Source: Bacteroidales bacterium
Lineage (GTDB): Bacteria > Bacteroidota > Bacteroidia > Bacteroidales > UBA932
Assembly (NCBI GenBank): GCA_017476575.1
Contig: JAFUZO010000038.1
Span: 2,551 to 66,550 of the forward strand
Length of the DNA stretch: 64,000 nucleotides
Direction: 5' to 3'
Shown: one piece after another, positions 56,232 to 64,000 of the stretch
Layout: each line of letters begins with the position of its first letter
Numbering within the stretch: the first letter of the stretch is position 1
The notes under the pieces: generated by a model
The model's database searches: none
Told to the model about the DNA's origin: nothing
What the model saw: only the letters and a program-made list of their open reading frames with translations
Made by a program: the position numbers and the translations under genes

Positions 56232-57575
56232 TCAGATTGTGCCCTGCTCAAGCATGGCGGTGGCGACCTTCATGAAGCCGGCGATGTTGGCACCTTTCAC
56301 GTAATCGACACTGCCGTCCGGCCGGGTGCCGAACTTGACGCACTGCTCATGGATGCTCTTCATGATGAAATGGAGCTTGGCATCCACCTCGGAAGCATCC
56401 CAGGAGATATGCTCGGCATTCTGGGTCATTTCAAGGCCGGAAGTAGCCACGCCGCCGGCATTGACCGCCTTGCCGGGGGCGAAGAGGATACCATTATGCT
56501 GGAAGAAGTGGATGGCACCCGGCTGGCAGCCCATGTTGGACACTTCGCAGCAGCACCAGCAACCATTCGCCTTGAGTTCCCTGGCATCGTCCTCGGAGAG
56601 TTCGTTCTGGAAAGCGCACGGGAGGGCGATATCACACGGGACGCTCCAAGCCTTCTTGCCCGGGATGAAGCGGGCGAGGCCCGGGAACTTCACGGCCATG
56701 TCCTCGACCTTGTTGCGGTTCGAGGCACGCATGTCCAGCATATAGTCGATCATCTCGGGCGTAATGCCGTCCGGAATCTCGCAGACACCGTCAGGGCCGG
56801 AGATGGCGACGACCTGGGCCCCGAGTTCACGGGCTTTCGTGGCAGCCCCCCACGCGACATTTCCGAAGCCCGAGAGGGCGACCTTCTTGCCCTTGATGTC
56901 CTTGCCGGCCTTCTCCAGCAGGTGCTGGGTGAAATACAAGGCCCCGAAACCGGTGGCTTCCGGACGGAGGATCGAACCTCCCCAGGTGCTTCCCTTGCCG
57001 GTCAGGACGCCGGTGTTGTACTGGCGGGCCAGTTTCTTGTACATCCCGTAGAGGTAGCCGATCTCCCGGCCGCCGACGCCCACGTCACCAGCCGGGATGT
57101 CCTGGTCGGGACCGATGCAGTTCCAGAGTTCCAGCATGAAAGCCTGGCAGAAGCGCATGATCTCGTCGTTGGTCTTGCCCACAGGGTCGAAGTCGGAACC
57201 GCCCTTGGCTCCGCCCATCGGAAGGGTGGTGAGCGCGTTCTTGAAGGTCTGCTCGAAACCGAGGAACTTCAGCATCGACGGGGTCACGGCCTTGTGGAAG
57301 CGGAGACCGCCCTTATAGGGACCGATGGCGCTGTTGAACTGGATCCGGTAGCCGGTATTGGTCTGCACTTCGCCCCGGTCGTCGATCCAGGTGACACGGA
57401 AGGTGAAGATACGGTCGGGTTCGACGATTCTTTCCACAATCTTCGCCTTTTCGAATTCGGGATGCTGATTGTAGACGTCCTCGATGGACTCCAGGACTTC
57501 CTGTACGGCCTGCAGGTACTCTTTCTCCCCCGGGTACTTGGCCTGGAGACGGGCCATGATGTCTTGTGTTCTCAT
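56232..57575 (-). CDS. gdhA: NAD(P)-specific glutamate dehydrogenase
   Basis: GPYKGGLRFH, GGAKGGSDF, DIPAGD.GVG, RPEATGFG, GFGNVA and KAVNAGGV. A promoter TACATTTG lies at 57637-57644 on the minus strand. Confidence 0.97.
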   Translation of the reverse strand: MRTQDIMARLQAKYPGEKEYLQAVQEVLESIEDVYNQHPEFEKAKIVERIVEPDRIFTFRVTWIDDRGEVQTNTGYRIQFNSAIGPYKGGLRFHKAVTPSMLKFLGFEQTFKNALTTLPMGGAKGGSDFDPVGKTNDEIMRFCQAFMLELWNCIGPDQDIPAGDVGVGGREIGYLYGMYKKLARQYNTGVLTGKGSTWGGSILRPEATGFGALYFTQHLLEKAGKDIKGKKVALSGFGNVAWGAATKARELGAQVVAISGPDGVCEIPDGITPEMIDYMLDMRASNRNKVEDMAVKFPGLARFIPGKKAWSVPCDIALPCAFQNELSEDDARELKANGCWCCCEVSNMGCQPGAIHFFQHNGILFAPGKAVNAGGVATSGLEMTQNAEHISWDASEVDAKLHFIMKSIHEQCVKFGTRPDGSVDYVKGANIAGFMKVATAMLEQGTI

Positions 57576-57795
57576 GATAGAATCAGTCGTTTAGTGTTAC
57601 TATTATAAAAAATCAGGAATTCTCCTTTTTTTCTCACAAATGTAAAGAATAAAAAGAGAATTCCCAATAAAAATCAAGAGATTTCTCGGCGTCGCCCGAA
57701 AGGGCGGGAGGAGAGGCCGGACCGGGCCGTGCACGATAGCAGCCGACCATACCGGGACCTGCCATGCAGATAAGATATGCCCTCTGTCCCGGGTA

Positions 57796-58974
57796 CTACT
57801 GGTCATATTTTCCCTGCAGCACATCCCGGACCGCCTCCAGATAGCCGTATCCGTGAAGACGGTCTGGCAGCAGATAACTGCCTTCCACCCACTCGTTCCA
57901 TGCATTGATCATGATGAACGGCGGTTGTGTGGCACGATGGCCATCAGCATAATCCTTGGCGGCCTTGAGACCGGCAGCAAACGCTTGGGGCGTCTGGTGG
58001 AACCGGGTCACATCTGCCGCCCCCTTCGTCGGGAAACGAGGCGTATCATCCCAGCCGACAGAGACCGTGGGGAAAAGCGGGATACCATATAGCGTATCCA
58101 CCCGGTCGCGGATGCGGGCAGCCATCTCCGCATGGATGAGATAGTCGCAATTGAAGCCGCCCATATTATAGAAGGCGATACTGTTGATACCCAGCAGACG
58201 GATGTTGCCGTTCATTTTGGACCGGGCCCGCTCGGAGGGATCGCTCCCTCCGCCGGGAGTCAATTGCAGATGCAGTCCCGGGAAGCCGGCTTTACGCACT
58301 TCGGCACGGAAATAGTCCATGGCTTCCTCCGCCTCCTCCTCACTGGAGAAGCCCTGCCTGAAATTGTCGGCATTGAACATCGCGAACACCGGACAGCCGT
58401 CGATCTTCACATAGTTCGGAAGATGGAAATAGTGTGTGATGACACGGTGTACGACTTTCTTCCAATCTTCCATTCCGATGCGCGGATTGAACAACAGGGA
58501 ATCGGCCCCTTCCCAGCGGTGGCAATTCCAATAGCTGTACTTCACATCGTGGTTGGCATACATCAGGTAGAAGTTCATCTTGCGGTTGGACGGAGCTTTC
58601 AGGAAACCGTTGTCCAACGCCCCTTCCAGGAAGGGGCCGCTGTATCCGCCAGGGGCCTTGAACCAGTACCAATCGTAGATGAAGGTATTCACCCCGTACT
58701 TGAGCGCCGTACGGATCCATTTTTCCACCACTTCGGGATCATCGTCCCGTTCATAGCCCCACAACGGTCGACGGGGTTGGTAATGCCCCTCGAAACGGGG
58801 ACTGCCTTTGCGGATGACCTCCCACTCCCCCTCTCCATCAGGCCACAGCCACTGATGTGCCAGGGAGTCGTCGTGGCAGGAAGGCCAGACATAGGCACAC
58901 ACATAATAGTCCGCTTTCCTGGATGTACAAGCAGACAAGGCAATCAGCAGGCAGCCGACCAAAAGTCTTTTCAT
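57796..58974 (-). CDS. GH99-like / WbsX family lipoprotein, putative glycoside hydrolase
   Basis: Lipobox LSAC, PLWGY, FIYDWYW, YANHD and the GH99-type NAWNEWVEGSYL.P motif. Confidence 0.8.
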   Translation of the reverse strand: MKRLLVGCLLIALSACTSRKADYYVCAYVWPSCHDDSLAHQWLWPDGEGEWEVIRKGSPRFEGHYQPRRPLWGYERDDDPEVVEKWIRTALKYGVNTFIYDWYWFKAPGGYSGPFLEGALDNGFLKAPSNRKMNFYLMYANHDVKYSYWNCHRWEGADSLLFNPRIGMEDWKKVVHRVITHYFHLPNYVKIDGCPVFAMFNADNFRQGFSSEEEAEEAMDYFRAEVRKAGFPGLHLQLTPGGGSDPSERARSKMNGNIRLLGINSIAFYNMGGFNCDYLIHAEMAARIRDRVDTLYGIPLFPTVSVGWDDTPRFPTKGAADVTRFHQTPQAFAAGLKAAKDYADGHRATQPPFIMINAWNEWVEGSYLLPDRLHGYGYLEAVRDVLQGKYDQ

Positions 58975-59121
58975 TATAACCATCTATTTATTTCACGAAA
59001 ACTGCTCCCAACGGTCTTTTGGGAATATTTTCCTGAAACCTCGGGACAGCGCCTGCCGTCCTCCTGCCAGCTCAGAAAAATCTTCTCAAAAATCCCTGTA
59101 TAAATAAAAATGCCCGTCCTT

Positions 59122-59943
59122 TCAAAACAGCCCCTGCTTCGGAAGGCCGAAAACCGCGGAGATTTCCTGCATCTGGGCCTCCGACATCCCTTCCGGCTCG
59201 AAGCCCATGCTACGGGCAGCGATGTAGATCTGTGCTGCCTTATTCAGAACATCTACCTGGTCGAAAGCGGACATGATATCCACATCCACGGCAAAGACGC
59301 CATGCTTCTCCCACATCACGACATCATAATCCCCATCGATGGCACGGATGGTGGCATCGGCCAGTTCCACACTGGAAGGAAGCAGGTATGGAACCATTCC
59401 GAGACCCCGCGGACAGAAGGCCTTGGTTTCAGGAATCATGGACCAGAGCATCCGTGTGGCCACATCTTTCTCCAACCATCTTCGGCTGTGGGTCAGGGCC
59501 ACCAGTTCGATGGGATGCGTATGGAGTGACGCACGGTACGGCGACCCCTTCGCGAGGAGATAGTCGTGGACGGCCAGATGGGACGGCAACTCGGAAGTCG
59601 GCGCAACCAGGGCGTCGGCAACGATTTCATAGCTTGCCGCACCGGGCAGGATGCGGATGATGGAACCGTTTGCCATAGGGGCCCGGGCAAGGTCCCGCAT
59701 CCGTTTTTGTGTGCCTTTGCAGTAGAACCAGCATCCTTCCAGGCGGGGAAGGACCTTTCCGATAGGGCGAGGAGCGCCGAGGGCCGGTAAGGACCTCATC
59801 ACATCGTCCACATGCTCCGTGATGTTCACGGTGATGTTTCCTCCATTCCGTTCGGCCCAGCCTTTTTCCCAAAGATAGCCGGCTACTTCGGCGATTCTGT
59901 CGATTCCGGCCTTCAAGGCCGGTCTGTTGTCTAAGATACCCAT
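59122..59943 (-). CDS. rhaD: Rhamnulose-1-phosphate aldolase
   Basis: GWAERNGGN, PTSELPSH, HTHP and WEKHGV. Confidence 0.96.
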   Translation of the reverse strand: MGILDNRPALKAGIDRIAEVAGYLWEKGWAERNGGNITVNITEHVDDVMRSLPALGAPRPIGKVLPRLEGCWFYCKGTQKRMRDLARAPMANGSIIRILPGAASYEIVADALVAPTSELPSHLAVHDYLLAKGSPYRASLHTHPIELVALTHSRRWLEKDVATRMLWSMIPETKAFCPRGLGMVPYLLPSSVELADATIRAIDGDYDVVMWEKHGVFAVDVDIMSAFDQVDVLNKAAQIYIAARSMGFEPEGMSEAQMQEISAVFGLPKQGLF

Positions 59944-60012
59944 ATTGTTTTTTTCCGTTCCAAAAGGTCAGGATCGGCGGGAGCCGGGGTATCGGCCCCC
60001 GGCCCTCTTCCG

Positions 60013-61020
60013 CTAGATTATTTGAGGTAGGAATGTGCTGATTATCAACACAATGATGCCTATCAGCAAAACAGTGACGGTTTTGCGGGAGACGCCTTTC
60101 CATTCTTGGAGGAGGATGCCCCAGACGTTGGAGAAGACGACGTTGAGAGACATGAGGATACACCAGCTGAAGGTAATCAGGACCGGATAGCCGGCCAAGA
60201 AGCCTTTGCCGAGGCTGAGGCCGAAGAACTGGCTGTACCAGAGAAGGCCGGCAAGAGCACAGAACAGGAGGTTATGGCCCCAGAGGGAGCCTTGCCTGTA
60301 ATCTCCCCAGGTCTTGTTCCTGCTGTTCTGGAAGAAGCAATAGCAGGCGTTGGTCAGGAAGCCGCCGAAGGTCACAAGGAGGGTGGCGGGCAGGGTGGCG
60401 AAGACAGGTCGGGTCGCTGTCCATGTGAGGAGGGCTCCGAAACTGAGGCCGATATTGAAGCAGGCACTCATGAAGCCGGCAAGCAGGGCCACAGCGATAC
60501 CTTTGCCGAAGTTGAAGTCTTTGACGGCCTTCCTTTTCTCTTCTTCCGGAAGAGCGGTGGATTTCATGCCGCCGGCAATGCCGATGACGGCAATACCGAC
60601 GAGGGTCACGACCACGCCGATAATGACGGAACGGGTGAGGTCGGCGGCATGGCCGGTAAAGACGGGGCCGAGGACAGCGCCGAGGGCGGAGCAGGTGCCG
60701 AGGGCGATGCTTTGGCCGAGGGCGACGCCGAGATAACGCATACTGAGGCCGAAGGTGAGGCCGCCGACACCCCACAGGATGCCGGAGAAGACGGTGAGAA
60801 GACTCTCCCTGGGATGGGCCGCATACATCCCCGTCAGGCTCTCTCCGGCGGGAACGGCCAGGAGGGCGCCAAGCAGCGGGAACACCAGCCAGGCGAACAC
60901 GCCCTGGACCATCCAGTAGCTCTCCCAGCTCCAGGATCTGACCTTGTTGATGGGAACGTAGCTGCTGCTTTGGCAGAAGGCGCCGACGGCGATGATCAGT
61001 AAACCAAGTATCAGTTCCAT
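60013..61020 (-). CDS. rhaT: L-rhamnose/proton symporter
   Basis: WSWES.W, WGVGGLTFG.SMRYLG and SNVWGI.L.EWKG. Confidence 0.95.
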   Translation of the reverse strand: MELILGLLIIAVGAFCQSSSYVPINKVRSWSWESYWMVQGVFAWLVFPLLGALLAVPAGESLTGMYAAHPRESLLTVFSGILWGVGGLTFGLSMRYLGVALGQSIALGTCSALGAVLGPVFTGHAADLTRSVIIGVVVTLVGIAVIGIAGGMKSTALPEEEKRKAVKDFNFGKGIAVALLAGFMSACFNIGLSFGALLTWTATRPVFATLPATLLVTFGGFLTNACYCFFQNSRNKTWGDYRQGSLWGHNLLFCALAGLLWYSQFFGLSLGKGFLAGYPVLITFSWCILMSLNVVFSNVWGILLQEWKGVSRKTVTVLLIGIIVLIISTFLPQII

Positions 61021-61036
61021 ACTACCTTCCTTCCAT

Positions 61037-62287
61037 TCATCGCTTGGAGGTTACGTCTCTTTCGTATCGTTCGATGACGGGGATGAATTCTTCACCGACA
61101 GGAACGCCGTTCTTGTAGTTGAAGTAGTCGAAGACGGCACCGAAGGGCAGGGTCTTGGCTTCCTCGAGGAGGGCCAGACGCTGGAAGCCCCGGCCTTCAG
61201 CCTCGTAGTCACGGAGTCTGGCGAGAGGTTCAAGGAGGGCGGAAAGGATGCACTTCTGGGTGGCGCGGGTACCGATGATATAGGCGCCGATGCGGTTGAT
61301 CGAGGCATCGAAATAGTCGAGACCGACATGGGCGCGGTCGAGGCCATCGGCACGGACGAGCTCCTTGAAGAGGTCCTGGGTCTGGTCGTTCATGATGGTC
61401 ACGTGGTCGGAATCCCAACGGACAGGGCGGCTCACGTGGAGCATCAATTCGGGAACATAGAGAAGGAGCGATGCGACTTTGTCAGCCACATTCTCGGTCT
61501 GCTCATAGTGGCCGGTATCGAGGGTGTACATCACGTTGCGGGTAGCGCAATAGCCTTCGTAGAAATCCATGGAGCCGACAGTATAGCTCTCAAGGCCGAT
61601 ACCGAAGAGCTTGGCCTCCACGCAGGATTTCATGCCGGGCAGGTCTTCGGCGAGGATTTCGTCGAGGGAGGCGGCAAGGATCTCGCGGTAGCGCCTGCGG
61701 TTGACGGTGAGATCCTTGGACCCGTCGTGGACCCAGATGTTCATAATGCAAGGGTCGCCCTGGGCCTTCCCCATCGCATCGGCGATGCGGCGGCAACGCT
61801 TGGTGTGCTCGATCCAGAATCCGCGGATGGCAGGGTCGGGATTGCTCAGGGAGAGGTCGCCGCTCTTCGGATGCGAGAAGGACGTGGAGTTGAAGTCGAG
61901 TTTGAAACCATTGGCACGGGCCCATTCGATCCAGCTTTGGAAGTGCTCCGGGCCGACCTGGTCGCGGTCGACGGACCAGCCGCCGAAGTCGCCGTAGATT
62001 TCATGGAGGTTCACGCGGTGATGACCGGCGAGGAGGGTCTTCACGAACTCGAGGTCGGCTCGGACTTCGTCTATGTTCCGGGCACGGCCGGGATAGTTGC
62101 CGGTGGTCTGGATACCGCCGGAGAGGGCGTCATTGCGCTCGAAACCCACCACATCGTCAGTCTGCCAGCAGTGGAGGGAAATCTGTTGTTTTTCCAATCG
62201 GGCGACAGCCTGGTCGGTATCGACACCGAGGGCGGCATAACGTTCCCGGGCTATCTCGTAGGCTTTCAGGATTTGTGCTTCTTTCAT
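61037..62287 (-). CDS. rhaA: L-rhamnose isomerase
   Basis: SLHCWQTDDV.GFE, NYPG.AR, HVSRPVRWDSDHV and DYFDASINR. Confidence 0.97.
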   Translation of the reverse strand: MKEAQILKAYEIARERYAALGVDTDQAVARLEKQQISLHCWQTDDVVGFERNDALSGGIQTTGNYPGRARNIDEVRADLEFVKTLLAGHHRVNLHEIYGDFGGWSVDRDQVGPEHFQSWIEWARANGFKLDFNSTSFSHPKSGDLSLSNPDPAIRGFWIEHTKRCRRIADAMGKAQGDPCIMNIWVHDGSKDLTVNRRRYREILAASLDEILAEDLPGMKSCVEAKLFGIGLESYTVGSMDFYEGYCATRNVMYTLDTGHYEQTENVADKVASLLLYVPELMLHVSRPVRWDSDHVTIMNDQTQDLFKELVRADGLDRAHVGLDYFDASINRIGAYIIGTRATQKCILSALLEPLARLRDYEAEGRGFQRLALLEEAKTLPFGAVFDYFNYKNGVPVGEEFIPVIERYERDVTSKR

Positions 62288-62299
62288 GGTATGTCAATT

Positions 62300-63694
62300 T
62301 TACTTTCGGGGCATGAAGGTTTCGACCGGGAAGGTCTTGGCAATAAGGCGACGGATGTCCCACCGGTCGGAGAGCAGGCCGGCCGCCTTGGCCTGGACCA
62401 TGACATTGCCGATGGCCGTAGCCTCGACGGGCCCGGCGACGACGGGAAGGCCGATGGCATCGGCCGTCCATTGGTTCAAAAGGGCATTGGCAGAGCCGCC
62501 GCCGATGATATGGAGTTGGTCGATCCGGAAGGGGGCGAAGCCTTGCAGCATTGCCAGGACATCGCGGTAGCGTCCGGCCAGGGAATGGTAGATGCAGCTC
62601 ACCATCTGGGCATCAGTGACATACTGACCCAGGGCCGCAGTGATTTCGGCGACCATGTCGCCCGGATGGGCAAAGCGCGGATCGTCGGGATCGATGCGCC
62701 CCTGGAAGGCCGCTTCGGCACGGGCCATTTCCACCAGGGTTTCATAACTGTAGTCCTTACCCTCCTCCTTCCAAACCCTGCGACACTGCTCCAGAAGCCA
62801 CATGCCGGTAATATTTTTCAGGAAACGGGTGGTGCCTTCGACGCCTCCTTCATTGGTGAAATTCAGCCGCGAAGAGTCTTCATCGACAATCGCGCCCTTC
62901 GTTTCAATGCCCATCAGGCTCCAGGTTCCGCTGGAGAGGTAGGCAAAGTGCGGATCGGCGGCCGGGACGGCGACAATGGCCGAAGCGGTGTCGTGTCCGG
63001 CGACAGTAATGACCGGGACCGGTCCGAGGCCGGTCCTTCCGGCCATCTCCGGCTTCAGCACACCGAGCCGGTACCCGGGTTCTACGATACGGCCGAACAT
63101 CTCCGGCGCGACCCCGGCAAGGGCGCACACCTCCGGATCGAGCCGGGCGGTCCCCGCCCGGGTCAACGAGGCCGTCGACAGGATGGTCTTCTCCGTCACC
63201 TTCTCCCCTGTCAATAAATAGCCGATGGCATCCGGCAGGAAAAGGACATATTCCGTTGCCGGATATTGTCCTTTCTGCGCATAGAACTGGAAGACCGAAT
63301 TGAAATCCATGATCTGGATGCCGGTGCGCCGGAAGAGGGCTTCGCGCGGCATTTCCGCAAAAAACCGGTCCGGAACGCCGGCCGTGTAAGGATCCCGATA
63401 GGAGCGCGGCTGGTCCACCAGCGCGCCGTCGGCATCGAAGCGGGCAAAATCCACGCCCCATGTGTCAATGCCGATGGACGTCACACTTACCCCACGTTCC
63501 CCTGCCACACGGAGCCCCTCCACCACCGAGTCGCACATCTGCTCCAGGTCCCAATGATAACGTCCATCCTTCTCCAGAAGCGGTGTCGGAAAACGGTGCA
63601 GGGTCTCGAGGGCGAAACCCTGCCCTCCCAGCGAGGCCAGCATGACGCGCCCGCTGGTGGCACCGAAATCCACCGCGATAAAATGCTTCATCAT
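62300..63694 (-). CDS. rhaB: Rhamnulokinase
   Basis: AVDFGATSGR, IGIDTWGVDF, HDTASA, SSGTWSL, GGGS.N.LLNQ and GPVEATAIGN. Confidence 0.95.
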   Translation of the reverse strand: MMKHFIAVDFGATSGRVMLASLGGQGFALETLHRFPTPLLEKDGRYHWDLEQMCDSVVEGLRVAGERGVSVTSIGIDTWGVDFARFDADGALVDQPRSYRDPYTAGVPDRFFAEMPREALFRRTGIQIMDFNSVFQFYAQKGQYPATEYVLFLPDAIGYLLTGEKVTEKTILSTASLTRAGTARLDPEVCALAGVAPEMFGRIVEPGYRLGVLKPEMAGRTGLGPVPVITVAGHDTASAIVAVPAADPHFAYLSSGTWSLMGIETKGAIVDEDSSRLNFTNEGGVEGTTRFLKNITGMWLLEQCRRVWKEEGKDYSYETLVEMARAEAAFQGRIDPDDPRFAHPGDMVAEITAALGQYVTDAQMVSCIYHSLAGRYRDVLAMLQGFAPFRIDQLHIIGGGSANALLNQWTADAIGLPVVAGPVEATAIGNVMVQAKAAGLLSDRWDIRRLIAKTFPVETFMPRK

Positions 63695-63696
63695 CC

Positions 63697-64000
63697 TTAT
63701 CGACGGATTTCGTATTGTCCGGCGCCGTATTCCTGGCTCTGGCTTTCACCCGGCAGCGTCACGCTGGCCGTGGCACCCTCGGGAATCGTGAATTTCCATA
63801 CCCAGCCTCCTTCGTCATACTTCCAGGCACTCCGGATAACGCCGGCGGCCGAACGATACTCCGCTGAAAGGGACCCCAGGCGTTTGTCGGGAACCGGTTT
63901 CATGATGATATGCCGGAAACCTGGTGCCGCCGGGTCTGCAGCGATGCCGGCAGCCGTTTCCCAGATCCATTGACATACACAACCGTAGGCGTAATGGTTG
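63697..64000 (-). CDS. Alpha-L-rhamnosidase (GH78), C-terminal fragment; the gene starts beyond the right edge
   Basis: Hand translation gives NHYAYGCVCQWIWETAAGIAADPAAPGFRHIIMKPVPDKRLG...S.W, the GH78 C-terminal signature. Confidence 0.88.
   Translation of the reverse strand, partial: NHYAYGCVCQWIWETAAGIAADPAAPGFRHIIMKPVPDKRLGSLSAEYRSAAGVIRSAWKYDEGGWVWKFTIPEGATASVTLPGESQSQEYGAGQYEIRR

Noticed and set aside
16324-57766. GGACCTGCC(ATG) motif recurring in intergenic DNA at 16324-16335, 17572-17580 and 57755-57766
   Set aside because: A 9-12 nt GC-rich match among a few kb of intergenic DNA is about what chance predicts, and its position relative to promoters is inconsistent.

Overview
A high-GC Bacteroidales chromosomal segment. 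The TAnnTTTG promoters, SusC/SusD pairs and lipoprotein signals support that assignment; a rumen/gut RC9-Cryptobacteroides-like lineage is my inference. PUL1 (1-16242) has a divergent, edge-truncated GH39-like lipoprotein, a hybrid two-component regulator, two tandem beta-helix glycosidases, an unannotated 53-aa peptide, three paralogous fimbrillin (type V pilin)-like domains (one fused to a glycosidase), a susC interrupted by an in-frame TAG, susD and a CE15-type esterase. Next come buk facing an ackA-ptb operon, then comEC, apbE, NUDIX, an AspT/YidE transporter, an acyl-ACP thioesterase and an HU-like membrane protein. A 13.7-kb accessory block lies between inward-facing tRNA-Asn and tRNA-Pro. 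It holds an Rpn/PD-(D/E)XK nuclease with 24-nt C-terminal repeats and PUL2 (ECF sigma, FecR, SusC, SusD, surface lipoprotein, GH31, DUF4832, HGSNAT-like acyltransferase). Housekeeping genes follow: rpsT, tRNA-Glu, rseP, dxr, two M23 peptidases, ruvX, def, a phosphomannomutase, an apparent DASS-porin-lysC-lysA operon, an M49-like lipoprotein with a His-to-Arg change and gdhA. The window ends with an L-rhamnose operon (rhaB-rhaA-rhaT-rhaD) between a GH78 fragment and a GH99/WbsX-like lipoprotein. The most striking candidate system is the PUL1 peptide + pilin-like trio + pilin-glycosidase fusion, which may be a pilus-like enzyme display scaffold (inference). No CRISPR array, rRNA, integrase or phage genes were seen. 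Family assignments come from motif recognition only; no database searches were run.
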